In this document: piece after piece, positions 49,976 to 63,242 of the stretch
Layout of the letters: every line of letters begins with the position of its first letter
How positions within the stretch are numbered: the first letter of the stretch is position 1
Origin: Octopus sinensis
Taxonomy: Eukaryota
Length of the DNA: 64,000 bases
Assembly (NCBI RefSeq): GCF_006345805.1
Contig: NC_043002.1
Coordinates: 57,350,001-57,414,000 of the forward strand
Direction of reading: 5' to 3'
The notes under the pieces: generated by a model
Databases searched by the model: none
What the model saw: the letters and a program-made list of their open reading frames with translations, nothing else
Told to the model about the DNA's origin: nothing
Position numbers and translations under genes: made by a program

Positions 49976-50224
49976 GCCACCTTGTTGCATCGCACAAAAT
50001 CATTATTGATTGCATGCCATGCTATGCTATTGGAACTCACCTCTTTGATGGAGTCCTAGGGGCACCATCATCACGTAGGCACATTTTTGAAATTTTTGAC
50101 CTGGTGGGGGGTCCGTCTCTCTCTAGGACGGGCCACCGTCGATTTATTCCTGGAAGACAAAAATGGACTGATAGAAAAAAGAGAGAAACAAAGGAATGGA
50201 CTCTAGGACGGAATTGGTACCCTA

Positions 50225-50540
50225 TAAAATTGACTCACGATCGTAAGATTGTGGTTTCGATTCCTGGACCAAGTGGCACATTGTACTCCTGAGCAAAACA
50301 CTTCATTTCATGTTGCTCAGGTCCACTCAACTGGCAAAAATGAATAAGCCTGTACGTCAGGCTGGCGTCCCATTCAGGGTGAATAAATAGCCAGCGAAAC
50401 CGATAACTGGCCGTATGCTCCGTACAGAGTAATGTGGTCAAACTATATTGATTTCGAAAAGCTGAAAGGTGAAGCTGACTTTGGTGAGAATTGAACCGCA
50501 GAGAGCCAGTACGATTACCGCAAAGCTCTACCGACTCACC
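50225..50540. mobile_element. Family-C SINE head (+, 50225-50380) joined to a family-B fragment (-, 50390-50540)
   Basis: gactcacgatcgtaagattgtggtttcgattcctgg.. then cgaaaagctgaaagg..gaattgaacc. Confidence 0.7.
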
Positions 50541-50907
50541 CAACTGACCGTCTATCGACCGTATAACCCATCTAAAGTGTCAGGAACCAAAACGGATAAA
50601 ATGTTTCCTAAAAGACTTGTTCACACACGTTCAAGTCACTAAACACGACTGTGGTCCTAAAACCGACAAGAAAAACATTTTTAGGCATACAGAGTAGAAC
50701 CTGTCAATCACTATTGATTAATCAAAATTGATCAGTGCTAATCCGCTCAACAGCTCGTTATGAATTAAGAAATTAATTCATACACATACAATACACAAGC
50801 GAGCGCTCAGATACATGCGTACAAACGCTAAACGCACGTAGGCACACATACATAGAGAAACACACGCGTAGACCTCCATATGGGCGAAGTGAATTAAAAG
50901 TTAAGGT

Positions 50908-50955
50908 AAGCACAGGTGTGGCTGTGTGGTAAAAAGCTTACTTCTCAACCATATG

Positions 50956-51026
<71 letters not shown>

Positions 51027-51280
51027 GTGTGTGTGTGTGTGTCTCTGTGTGTGTGTGTGTGCGTGAATCTTTGTGTCAGAGTTTCGTCCCCACCACCGCT
51101 TGACAACCGGTCTTGGTATGTTTATGTCACCGTAATCTAGCGATTCGGTCAAAGAGACCGATAGAATAAGTTCCAGACTTAAAGAAAAGAAAAGTACTGG
51201 GGTCGATTCATTCGATTGAAAATTCTGGAAGGCGGTGCTCCAGCATGGCCACATGACTGAAACAAGTAAAAGATGAAAGA
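50908..51280 (+). mobile_element. SINE family A with a head deletion and internal (TA)n(TG)n
   Basis: gtggctgtgtggtaa.. and tail gcggtgctccagcatggccac..gactgaaacaagtaaaagat. Confidence 0.85.
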
Positions 51281-51438
51281 GAAAAAATAGGGGTTTCTAA
51301 CATAGGCCTGAAGTCACACGATTAAGGAGTAAGGGTGTAGGGGATTACGGAACCATCGATGGCACCCAAGCACTCGAACCCCACAAGGATAAATGGTACA
51401 GTCCACTTTGGGAAAGCTTAAGCTGAGGTCGTAGCAGG

Positions 51439-51617
51439 CACTAGCGTAGCTAGAGTGTGTGCCGCCCGGGGCGGCCATTCCGTTTTCCGCCTTCAACATA
51501 AAAAAACACATATTGCCTACAGCAGACCCAAAAAGCACAGTTGACTCAACAGCGCCACGCCTTTAAATGTGCCGCCAGGGCGGACCGCTCCTACCGCACC
51601 CACTACCAACGCTGGTG
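51439..51617. mobile_element. hAT-like MITE (179 bp)
   Basis: Imperfect 15-bp TIR, cactagcgtagctag versus caccagcgttggtag (reverse complement of the right end). 8-bp flanks gtagcagg and atagcggg match at 6/8. Internal gtgccgcc..gggcgg is repeated twice. Confidence 0.6.
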
Positions 51618-51659
51618 ATAGCGGGATACAGTCAAGTAACGCAATAAATTTTGGAAAGA

Positions 51660-52310
51660 TAAACTAATAACATAATCAATAATTCTTTTTATTGTTAGCA
51701 CAAAGACCAACAGTTTGAGGGAAGGGGCTAAGTCGATCATATCGACCCCATTGCTCAGTTGGTACTTATTTTATCGATGGCAACGGGATGAGAGCACAGT
51801 CGAATTCGGCGGAATATGAACTCAGAACATAAAGACGGTCGAAATACTGTTAAACATTTTGTCCGATGCGCTAACGATTCTGTCAGGTAGCCGTCTTAAT
51901 AACACTTATAATAATAATAATAATTCTTTGGTGGCAAGCTGGCAGAAACGTTAGCACACCGGGCGAAATGCTTACTTAATCGACCCCGAAAGGATGAAAG
52001 GCAAAGTCAACCTCGGCGGAATTTGAACACAGAACGTAACGGCTGACGAAATACCACTAAGCATTTCGCCCGGCATGTTAACGTTTCTCATTTTTTTATT
52101 GCCCACAAGGGGCTAAACATAGAGGGGACAAACAAGGGCAGACAAACGGATTAAGTCGATTAGATCGACCCCTGTGCGTAACTGGTACTTAATTTATCGA
52201 CCCTGAAAGGATGAAAGGCAAAGTCGACCTCGGTGGAATTTGAACTCAGAACGTAGCGGCAGACGAAATACCGCTAAGCATTTCGCCCGGCTCGCCGCCT
52301 TATAGTAGTA
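51660..52310 (-). mobile_element. Nested cluster of at least three family-B SINEs
   Basis: aaaggatgaaaggcaaagtc..gaatttgaac..agaacgt repeats at ~51990 and ~52205, with a degenerate copy at ~51785. Confidence 0.85.
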
Positions 52311-53179
52311 ATGACATTACAACAATAATTATAATAACTGAGGCAACCATTGGCATTTATATTTCTTAAAACAACTTAGAGATAGACATAGATTAACCGT
52401 AATATTATTTCTAGGGTTATCAATTATAGCAGCAACATGACAAATTCCATCGCAGTCTCTTACTGTATTACACACTTGATGGAGGAGATATTTTGAACGC
52501 ATTGAGTAATAACATTCCCACTGGGAGTAGGAAACAACATGTAAGCATACTAACAAAGCAAAATAAAGAAAAGAAGAAAACAACTGTCTGTAGCCATAGT
52601 AAGACTACTCTGGTGTGACGCATGCGCCGTGAAACTGATATAGAATGAAACAAGGCAAAACGTCCTGACATTATTATCAAAACATGATTCAAACATCGTT
52701 ATGTATAAATAATGAAACGGTTAGACACACACACACACACACACACGCACACACAAAGCGCCATGAATATGAATATGGAGAGATCTAATAATAATAATGA
52801 AGATAGTGCTGTAATTGCAAAGGCAAATAAGTAATGAAGCGACGAAACGAGAGCTGCAAGTTAACATTTACATAAAACTGGCAAAACAAAGGCTGGCTTT
52901 GACGGGTGGTGGGGTGTGTGTGTAGGGAGGGGTATCACGTCTGCGAAGGAAGCTCAAGTGACTAAACAATGTTGAAGCACACACACACACACACACACAT
53001 GCACACGCACACACGATCGTTAAGTTGATTGATGACTTCCATAAAGTAAATATACGGGGTGGAGTAAATACAGAATATATTATGAGTATCAGGGAAGATT
53101 TGATGTCGGTTGCCAACTTTTGGCCAGGCTGGAGCAGTCAGGCTTGAGATGGTCAATGAATTGTAAAAAATAATAGTTT

Positions 53180-53385
53180 TAAATTTTGCTACAAACAAAC
53201 AACTTCAGGGAACGGAGCAAGTTGATTACGTCGACCCCAGTGTTGAACTGGTACTTATTTAATCGACCCCGAAAAGATGAAAGGCAAAATTGCCCTCAGT
53301 GGTATTTGAATTCAGAATGAAAAGACGGACGAAATCCGCTAAGCATCTTGTCCGGCGTGTTAACAACACTGCCAGCTCGCCGCTT
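53180..53385 (-). mobile_element. SINE family B
   Basis: gtcgaccccagtg..ctggtacttatttaatcgaccccgaaaagatgaaaggc..gccagctcgccgc. Confidence 0.85.
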
Positions 53386-54199
53386 TAAATTTGCAAAACA
53401 TTATTATTAAACATAGCCGTAAGTAACAACGGATTTTAATTGCCGTATCATGACTTACGATCAGAATATATGTCAGAAAGCAGATAAAATATCGAAATTT
53501 GGTGATAAATTTTATAAGAATTAGCATTTCCGATAAATACCATATTTCATGGTTTAAAAGATGCACTTTATTTCGAAAAAGTGTCGCAAAATATCATCAT
53601 GGGATCTCTATGCAAAGTTGGGCGGATATTACATGCTTCAATGCTCTAAACATTTTTAGCCTGAGTATGAATGTTATTCCAACCACAAGGACCAAACATA
53701 GGGGGAGGGGAATACAATAGGAACACGAGGTCGGGAAACGGATGGGACAATATTGAAATGAACAGTTAAAAAATTAATGACATTCAAACGGATGGAAAAA
53801 TAAACAATAGGACAGTACAATGAATTGAGGGACGGGTACGATCCCGCAAGCCGCGTTCCTCCATTGGACCTTTTTATCCTGAATATGCTCGGCTGAAACT
53901 GGGAGGCAGTATATATATTCGTGCGTTTTTTATGGTATGAAATATGGAAGCCAGAATTAAAGATGAGAAACTAAGTTAACGGGAAACAGATATATGCAGA
54001 TTACTCATCGAATAGCTGTAAACAATCGAATACATTGAGTCAAGGCTGTCTACTGTTTCCTGTATTTTCACGCCAAATTACTCACGCAGAGAAATTTAAT
54101 TGAGAGAGCAGTTGTAGTCTGTGTGAAATATGTAAATATATAACAAAGTCGAAAGATACAACTAACGATATGGAACACTTTTCAAATGCAGTCACTAAA

Positions 54200-54640
54200 A
54201 GCGGTGGAGGCACATGGCTTAGTGTTTAAAGGATCGGATCTCAACCGCGGCCCACATACAATGCTCTGCTGGTTCTCGACTGTCTTCCCTCTAGAGACAT
54301 AGAAAATTTTCCTTTAATTAACTTGTTTTACTTTCTTAAGACCAGAACCCGCCCCACTCAAATATCCAGGTTATGTACCTGGCCAGGACATCAAAAGGTT
54401 GAGAACCACTGGTTTAATGTGCGGCACGCAATATCGTGGTTTCGAATCCAAGACCAGGTGGTGCGTTGTGTTCTTGAGAAAAACACTTCATTTCGCGTCG
54501 CTCCTGTCCACCTATCTGTAAGTGAATAACCATTGCGATGGACTGGCGTCCCGTCCAGGAGAAGTGTTGCGATCCCGGTCACTTACACGCCATGGAAACA
54601 AAGTAACCGACCCTATGAATCTTAAGGCTCGAGACAATAA
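54200..54640 (+). mobile_element. Family-C SINE, head apparently split by intervening sequence
   Basis: ggaggcacatggcttagtg at ~54205; the body gtggtttcgaatcc..cacttcatttcgcgtcgctcc..gactggcgtcccgtccag resumes at ~54435. Confidence 0.65.
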
Positions 54641-55254
54641 TAGCCAAGGGACTTACTCTATAATCGACAACGTTGGTCAACATTCTGAGATATAAGGGAG
54701 CAAATGAATGAAGGAATCAAAGAAAGACGTTCAGATTGGTTTAGACATATTTTTTTTTCTCAGACTGGAACGTAGCTTGGAAAAAGTTTAAGAAATTTTC
54801 AAAGAGAAAGATTTAGAAAGTGAAAGAAAATGTTCGCGGAAAATGCAATGTGTCCATTTTGCAAAACACAGAAAGTAACACATGTGCAAGATTTCAACAA
54901 TCATCAATCCACATGAATCCACATAAAATGACTAGACTCAGCACCCATTGTCATGTCCGTCAATACCGGCAACACAAAATTAAAACACTTCATGAGGCAA
55001 CATGGAATCGAGTTTTGTTTTATAGGGCAAAAGCATAATGCAAATAGAGAAATCAATAACATATAAACTATTATTGATTCTTTAACTTGGCACCAGGCCC
55101 CAAATTTATCGTCAATAACATCAGTGCCACTCTTGATTTGTAAAAGTAATCCCAGAGGTGTTTCAGGACAGAAAGTAAAATGACGTGAATAAATAATGCA
55201 AGGCATTGCTGTCAGGCTTTTTGATTATTCTGCCATCCGACTCTTCAACAACAA

Positions 55255-55745
55255 TAACAACAACAATGTTTTCAAGTTTTGGCACAAGGCCAGCAATTTC
55301 GGAGGAGGGGGATAAGTCTCATTTTATTGACCCCGAAGAGATAAAAGACAAAGTCGACCATGGAATTTGAATGCAGAACGCGAATACAGATGAAATACTG
55401 TTAAGCATTTTGTCCGGGTTCATAACGATTCTGCCAGCGCACCACCTTAATAATAATAATACTTTTTACTATAGGCTTAAGGCCTGAAATTTGTGGGGAG
55501 GGGACTAGTCGATTACATCGACCCCAGTGTTTCACTGGTACTTAATTCATCGACCCCGAAAGGATGAAAGGCGAAGTCGACCTCTGCGGAATTTGATCAG
55601 TTGGAACAAATATTGCAAGGAATTTTTTCTTGATACCCCAATCATTCTGCCGATCCCTCTCCCTCTTGTATTTGTTTCTAATAAGGTAGAAGGCCTGAAA
55701 TTTGGGGAGAGAAAATAGTCGACAAAGTCTACCCCAGTAATTCAC
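55255..55745 (-). mobile_element. Cluster of family-B SINE fragments
   Basis: gaccccgaa..aaagtcgacc occurs twice; aggcctgaaatttg..ggggag occurs twice. Confidence 0.8.
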
Positions 55746-56129
55746 TGGCTACCTTCTTAAGGCCCAATACAATGAACACAGTTCAAAGACGAAAAGCAAC
55801 TCTGGCGCAAACAACAAGAACAACTGATTAGAAAAGAAAGCAGAGGTGGTGGTGGTAGCAACCGTGGGTTGGGGTCCTTGATTAATTTGTCTCGTCAAAG
55901 CATTAAAAGTGCCCTCTCTCTCTGATTGTTTCTTCCCGTTTACTGTTGTATATTTAGCCCCGCCAATCTCACCGCTCGCACTTTCACCCTTCATTAAACA
56001 CACCATAGAACAGGACCTTCCTTTGTTCATCTCCCGCATCTTCCGGTGTTGTTCGAAGATATTAGCGAAGGCATGACCAGAAAGAAAGGAAAATGCTGTC
56101 TTCAACACAATTAGTATTAATCATTACTG

Positions 56130-58765
56130 CATAATAATGTGGTGACCTGGTAGGATTGATTTCTCGTAGAGGTCGGTGGTTCGAATGGGATCTTAGATGC
56201 AGGCGAAAATTATGTGGGGTAAGAGAGTCGGGTGCACAATATCTCACAAATCAGTCCAACTATCTGATAGGTTTCGCCTCGATTTTCCTAATGTACCAAT
56301 TTGGACTTTGTTAAATCGCAATGGGCCACCTAAGTCATACTTAGATAGGGTTTCAGTCAGATTAACAGACAGGTCTTGTATTAGTGGCCCATACTTTCTG
56401 AAAATTGGCTACTTAGACCAGAGATTTGGGACCTTTACAGTCAATTCAGAATAGACAATAACACGGTTACTGGAAAATGAACAGGTCCTTCCCAACGCAG
56501 AAAGTTTTCAAGCTTCGGATTCGTTTACTAGTTAAGAAAAGAATAAATAGGAACTATCATAAATAAAAAGGCAGTTCATAGGTTTCACGAAAAAGAAAAA
56601 TTAGGGAAACATCTGTTAGTTCCACCAAAATGGTGGCTACAAAGATCAACAGAATAAAAGAGAAAATCGTATCTTTGAAGAGGTATTGCAAACGAGAATG
56701 TATTCCTTAAGGCAAAACTCGAAGCTTGCCTTGTCTGAGGAAGGGAACATACGCCGAAGCATGAAGGTAGAGGGACCGTGTGCTGTGAAAAAACAATTTC
56801 AGCCGATAGAGCGGCGGATGTACTGAGCCACTGTGAGGGGCGTAAATCGCCATGATCGGATGGTCTGTCCTATGAGCTATGCCAGACTTATTCGCATGCC
56901 AGACTTGTTTGCTCTAATCTTTGTAGCCGTCCACTGCAGCTGGCAACAGACTGGGAACATTTCCAGTCGACTGAACCGGGAAAGTGGTGGCACCGCAGGG
57001 AAAGGCTCCAAACAAAGGAGACGCGATGGAAAACATGAAAACTGCTCGGCAAAGGTGCTCCTGAGTAGGAATGTAGTCAAAGAATCGTAAAACTTTAAAA
57101 TCTCTGGCAGATCTATTCACGGCACCTCGACTTTATGCAACACATTGTAGAGTGGGTCGAGAATAGACCCGGTTTATGGGATGGGGCGGGGGGACACTGA
57201 CTGATCTATATCAGTCCAAAGCATTCAACAGAGGGGACCATCGCTCTTTGGTGGATATTTGAGGGGTGTCGAGTCTGGGTACTAGCATACACAACTCGAA
57301 CGGGTATATGCAGACGACATCACTGTCATGGCGTCGGACGTCTCGGATCTAGAAGTGATTAACTCGATACTTAGAGAATAGCATGTAGTTACAGGATCAC
57401 ACATGAATTTAGTGGGATTGCAATTGGGGACTAAGAGATGGAAATCCAGGTTGGCTAGCAAGAATTTCTGCCATTTGACCACGTGACCAGTAAAAATGCT
57501 CGGAGTCTGATTCCGTCTAGAACTCCAGGAGAATAAGAACTGGGAAGAGGTCTCAAGAAGGAATGGGGACAATCTTGATCAGAAGTTGACCGAGAAGAAG
57601 CTTTTCCTGAAAAATTGGGCAGGAGCGAACTACTATCTGACCGTTGTACTTTGTCCGAAGGAAGTTCTGACCGGATTAGAACGGATATAATTTTCATATC
57701 TTATGAAAGGGACATGTTTCACTGGTCATGAAATCTATCTGCTACCAATACATGCAGCATGATGGTCTTTGATGATGCGCTGGTACCTTCTGAGGTGGAT
57801 GCAGTTGCGGAAATAGATCACTGCGATTATGTTGGCATTGACGACGTAAACGCGGGCGAAATTATTTCCTAAACCAAGCTGCAGTCATAGGTCAAGTGTA
57901 GACCATGAATGAGCGATTGACATCTAAAATATTGCCAGCTGGAAAAGGCGGTCGACAGGAAAACAGCTCTGGATTTTTATAGTTGAGATGAGCCACAATG
58001 GACCAGGCTTGACTCAGGGCATCAACGAGAGCAGTCTGAGCGGTCTATTCTGGAGTACTTTCTGGTCAAAGACTAAAGGCAACTTCCAAAAGGACTTGGC
58101 ATAGCAGTGTTTCATGTAAGCATAGAAGCTCCAACAGTCGAACCTGTTCAAGCTGCTGGAAGGCAAAACCGTCCGCAACGCTATCCTTCAATATTTGGGC
58201 ATTAGCAACTTGTGGGGTTGTGTGGAAAAGCTGCTGTCTCGTGTAAGACGAATCTGGATGTCCGTCGAATGTATAGGGAAGATCGACGCTACACCTTTCT
58301 CTGGCAGACAAGGAAGACAGCTCTTTCTCTTCTTGGTGGCTGTAGTGAAAGAGGCTGTGTGTGGTGGACTCGTCTGAAAGGTTTAAGGACAGGTACATTC
58401 CTATGGGCTCAAACTCTTAATCAATTTCTTCAAATATCATTTGAAGAGGAAGTTGAAGGCAGAGAGGGAGGCGCTGCCTTCAAGTGAGTTTATTGATTGG
58501 CGAGGCCGAATGGGCCGACACTGTGTATGCTTTTCCAAGCTAGAGAAAAGAAACTGGGTGGGTGAGCACTTTTCGTAACTCGGTGATGGCAGAATAGTCT
58601 GCACCTGTTTGTGCACAGTTCCCTCCAAATTACCCAAGGGAGTCTGCCCCACTGTTGGCGGAATTTACTGGTTTATTGAAATTCTATTTTTAGGTACTTG
58701 GCTATATCTTCATTTATCCTTTATCCTTTTTTATTAACCTCAATCGCCTTTGTGGCCAGTAAGGG

Positions 58766-58768
<3 letters not shown>
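56130..58768 (+). pseudogene. Old, highly degenerate Tx1-like LINE copy (APE end to 3' end) followed by (CAT)n
   Basis: SDRFRLDFPNVPIWT..SYLDRVSVR, GYWKMN-like ggttactggaaaatgaac, gatggtctg..tatgag, YADD (tatgcagacgac ~57307), a CCHC-like region, and a 3' end tttgtggccagtaagggaaat homologous to ctgtgtggccaataaagaaac. Confidence 0.8.
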
Positions 58769-58803
<35 letters not shown>

Positions 58804-58842
58804 TTCACCACCACCACCACCACCAGCACCATCATCATCATT

Positions 58843-58874
<32 letters not shown>

Positions 58875-58907
58875 TATCATCATCATCATCATCATCGTCA
58901 TCATCAT
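58768..58907. repeat. (CAT)n/(CAC)n microsatellite
   Basis: Direct reading. Confidence 0.95.
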
Positions 58908-59105
58908 TAAGGTGACGAGCTGGCAGATTCATTAGCACGCCCAGCAAAATGCTTAGTAGTATTTCGTCTGTCTTTACGCGCTGAGTTCAAATTCTGCCGA
59001 TGTCCACCGGCCTTTCATCCTTTCGAGGTCGATAAATGAGGTACCAGTGAAACACTGGAGTCGATATAATCCCCCAAATTTCAGGCCTTGTGCCCATAGT
59101 AGACG
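58908..59105 (+). mobile_element. SINE family B
   Basis: aaggtgacgagctggcaga..ctgagttcaaattctgccg..ctttcatcctttcgaggtcgataa. Confidence 0.85.
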
Positions 59106-59107
59106 GG

Positions 59108-59161
<54 letters not shown>

Positions 59162-59607
59162 GTTATTATTATTATCATTATTATTATTTGAAAGCATAAT
59201 TCTAACTCTTCAACTCATTGGGGTTGTAAGGTAAAATTTCATTAACTAATATTTTAGCACGAGTCTTCCCCCATTTCACATCCAAATTCAAAATTTCTGA
59301 CGAAGCTGACCAACTAATTATCTCAGGGTAACACTTTTATCTTTCCATTGGCACAATGCCAATGTTTTCTTTTCTTTCTTCCTTTGGCATCGGCCACAAT
59401 ACCATGCGCCTCCGTTGCCGCCGCCGCCGCCGCCGCCGCCATTGATAAACAGCGCCGTCTTCTTCGTCATGCTTCCTATAAATATATTTTGCAATCATCA
59501 TCACAGTTCTAACGAAAACAGATAATATCATATTTGAACTTTATTCTTCAAGGCCAGCGACGGCGGTATTATCACCAGCCACGACCGACACTATTCTTTC
59601 ATTTATT

Positions 59608-59720
59608 TTATTCTCTCACTCGTTTCAGTTATTTGACTGCAGCCATGCTGGAGCACCGCCTTAAAATGTGTTAGTCGATGATGGGGGGACAAGCACAGAC
59701 ACACAAATACACACACACAA
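59608..59720 (-). mobile_element. SINE family A, tail fragment
   Basis: gtttcagttatttgactgcagccatgctggagcaccgcctt. Confidence 0.75.
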
Positions 59721-59767
<47 letters not shown>

Positions 59768-60063
59768 ACACGCATTAATAATAATATGACAACAAAAGAA
59801 TGAGACCTCGATATTATCTAAAATAGAGGAATTTATCAATAAATATAATATGCGATAATTAGTTGGTTGTCATAATAAAACTCAGAGTTTCGGACACCGG
59901 GGCTGAAAACTGCTCCGGCATCTCATCAGTTATTAAGACAAAACGCTATGAAAAAAGGAAACCGTTAAATAAAGGGAAATTACTCCAATAGGCATGGTGA
60001 AAGTAATTTCTTCATTCATAGAATCTGCATATGCGCGTACACACACACACACATGCATGTATG

Positions 60064-60117
<54 letters not shown>

Positions 60118-60702
60118 CTCACACACGCATGTGCATATCATATACATACAAACACACATATATACATATATGTCTCCGCATATACGCAAATATATATGTT
60201 CAGCTTCTCACCACCCAGTCACGCTTGCGCCTACATATATATATATATGTGTATAAAGAATATGAGAGGCTCACTGGTGATCTAAATGAATAGGTACGCT
60301 GAATTAGTGCTCTAATTAGTGATCCGTTAGGTCCCAGTTTCACAACTGAGGCTGCAGCTAGGGATCCATATTAGGGTTCCGTATTAACAGGTATACATTA
60401 GAGGAAAGGGACAACAAAAACCAAGGCAGGACGAGAACCTCAAGTCATTTATATAAATTTAATTAGGGTAAGGAGAACATGAAGCCTTACAACTGTTTCT
60501 GAGATATCTCAAGTGATAGCCTAGTATATATATATATATATATATACACAAGAAAAAATCCATTCTTGTTGCCTTTTTCTTGTTTATAATCACCCCACAT
60601 TATTTTATGGTTAATACCATATAGATTTCTGGTGCATCTAAGTTAAGTACCGCATTCATGTGAATTCATTGGAACTCACTTGAATCTTAATTGTTTTTAC
60701 TG

Positions 60703-60748
<46 letters not shown>

Positions 60749-60754
60749 GTTAGC

Positions 60755-60902
60755 AGATATTTATGCGACAAGCTTCTTTAAGTTTCCGTCTACCAAATCC
60801 ACTCCCAAGGCTTTTGTCGGTTCAAAATGCAACATAGTGGGACTGAACCCGGAACCTTGTGGTCAGGAAGCAAGCTTCTTACCACACAGCTACGCTGGCG
60901 CC
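60755..60902 (-). mobile_element. SINE family A, head
   Basis: tttccgtctaccaaatccactc..gtgggactgaacccggaacc..gcttcttaccacacagc. Confidence 0.85.
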
Positions 60903-61114
60903 TATCACAACATTTTTAGCAAGCAGCACTCTCGTTCATCACCGTTATCAGCAAGAAGTCCTGCCAGTAACCCCAACACCGGCAGTGACAACAACAATAA
61001 GAGCAACAACAACATTACCGACACAACTGCCCTTTTTCTAACCTCTGTTGTTATCGCTACGTCCGTTACTACGAACACCGTTTCTATCAGCAGCATCACC
61101 ACCAGAAGCACTGG

Positions 61115-61199
61115 CGTCGTTGTCGTCATCGTCTTCATCGCCATCGTCATCATTATCATCATCATCATCATCGTCATCGTCATCATCGTCATCATCGTC

Positions 61200-61247
<48 letters not shown>

Positions 61248-61290
61248 GTCATCATCGTCTTCATCATCATCATCATCATCATCATCATCG

Positions 61291-61322
<32 letters not shown>

Positions 61323-61399
61323 GTCATCATCATCATCATCGTCTTCATCATCATCATCGTCATCATCAATATCATCGACATCGTCGTCATCACCGTCTT

Positions 61400-61430
<31 letters not shown>

Positions 61431-61481
61431 GTCATCATCAATATCATCGACATCGTCGTCATCACCGTCTTAATCATCGTC

Positions 61482-61535
<54 letters not shown>

Positions 61536-61562
61536 GTCATCGTCATCATCGTCATCATCGTC

Positions 61563-61607
<45 letters not shown>

Positions 61608-61650
61608 GTCATCATCGTCTTCATCATCATCATCATCATCATCATCATCG

Positions 61651-61685
<35 letters not shown>

Positions 61686-61706
61686 GTCATCATCATCATC
61701 ATCGTC

Positions 61707-61754
<48 letters not shown>

Positions 61755-61766
61755 GTCATCATCGTC

Positions 61767-61808
<42 letters not shown>

Positions 61809-61809
61809 G

Positions 61810-61844
<35 letters not shown>

Positions 61845-61921
61845 GTCATCATCATCATCATCGTCTTCATCATCATCATCGTCATCATCAATATCATCGA
61901 CATCGTCGTCATCACCGTCTT

Positions 61922-61958
<37 letters not shown>

Positions 61959-61992
61959 TCATCATCACCATCATCATCATCACCATCATCAT
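61115..61992. repeat. ~880-bp (CAT)n array with CGT/CTT variants and internal higher-order duplications
   Basis: Direct reading; source of the 420-aa poly-Ile and 350-aa poly-Met ORFs. Confidence 0.95.
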
Positions 61993-61994
61993 CG

Positions 61995-62830
61995 AGTGGA
62001 CGAATATGACAGCGTCGTTAGAGCGTCGGATAGAATGTCTTGTGTTATTTGCTCTGCACCCTGAGTTCACGCACTGGCCATCTGTGAATTTCATCTTCAC
62101 GGGGTTGATAAAAGACTGGTTGATAAAAGACCCGTCAAAACCTGAAGTTGGCTTCTCCTCTGTCTGTATGTCTGTTTGTCTGTTTCTCTCTCTCTCTCTC
62201 TTTCTGCCTCTGTCTATCTGTTTGTCTGTCTCTCTTTCACCCACACACACAATCGGCCCAAGAAAGGGATATTCTTAAGGCGGCCTTGACCAATCCCTTC
62301 ACTCCTCATTCACTGGACATAAAGTCACAACAGACACAGGTAAGGAGGAAAGGGGCGGTCATTATGATGGACATACCTAAGGTGTCAAGCATGAAGAAGT
62401 GTTAGCGCGTCGGACAAAATGCTACGCGGTATTTCGTCCGTCTTTATGTTCAGAATTCATTTTCCGCCGAAGTCAACTTTGTCGCTTATCCTTCGAAATC
62501 GATGAAATAAATAGCACTTAAGCAGCGGGCTCGAGGTAAACCACTTGCCCCCCCGCGCTATATTCCAAGCCTTGTGGCTGTAATAGGAAGGATTATTATA
62601 GTTAGGCGGCGAGCTGACAGAATCATTAGAGCGTCGAACAAAACGCTTAGCGGCATTTGTTCCGGTCATTTACGTTCTGAATTCAAATACTATCAAGGCC
62701 GAGTTTGTCTTTCGTTTTCTCGGGGGTCTATTAAATAAGGACCAGTTATTATAAGTTGGGGTTGATGTAATCGAGTACTTGCCCCCTCCCCCCAAAAAAT
62801 TGCTGGCTTTGGGCTAAAGTTCGAACCATT
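61995..62830 (+). mobile_element. Three degenerate family-B SINE copies with intervening sequence
   Basis: gttagagcgtcg..aaatgct..gttc(t/a)gaattca at ~62015, ~62400 and ~62620. Confidence 0.7.
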
Positions 62831-62997
62831 GTAGACATCATCAGTAACACCATCACCACTACCGCTTCTGTTGTAACAGTTTGAAGAACTTTCTCTCCCT
62901 CTCTTTCTCTCCCCCCCCTCTCTCTCTTGGAGAAGAAAAGATACGAAACTGACTTTTCGAAGAAAACAGAACAGAGCAATACAGCAATAAAAAACCC

Positions 62998-63155
62998 AAA
63001 CATATGGCTGTCTGGTAAACAACTTCTTCATAACCACGTGGTTTCGGGTTCAGTCTCCTGCATGACACCTTGGGCAGGTGTCCTCTATTATAGCCACGGG
63101 CCGACGAAAGGCTTGTGAATGGATTTGGTAGAAACCGGATGAAGCCCATCGTGTA
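62998..63155 (+). mobile_element. SINE family A, head
   Basis: atggctgtctggtaa..gggttcagtctc..caccttgggcag..ggcttgtgaatggatttggtag. Confidence 0.8.
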
Positions 63156-63167
63156 CACACACATACA

Positions 63168-63209
<42 letters not shown>

Positions 63210-63242
63210 CACACACATACACACACATACATATATACCTGT

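Noticed and set aside
52431-52541. Open + frame QHDKFHRSLLLYYTLDGGDILNALSNNIP.. ending at cat|gtaagc
   Set aside because: The acceptor lacks a pyrimidine tract and the peptide is unrecognised.
55749-56108. 119-aa minus-strand ORF with faint RT-like wording
   Set aside because: No diagnostic motif; I cannot support a call.
60747-62009. 420-aa (+) and 350-aa (-) ORFs
   Set aside because: They are translations of the (CAT)n array (poly-Ile, poly-Met) plus SINE sequence; there is no coding evidence.
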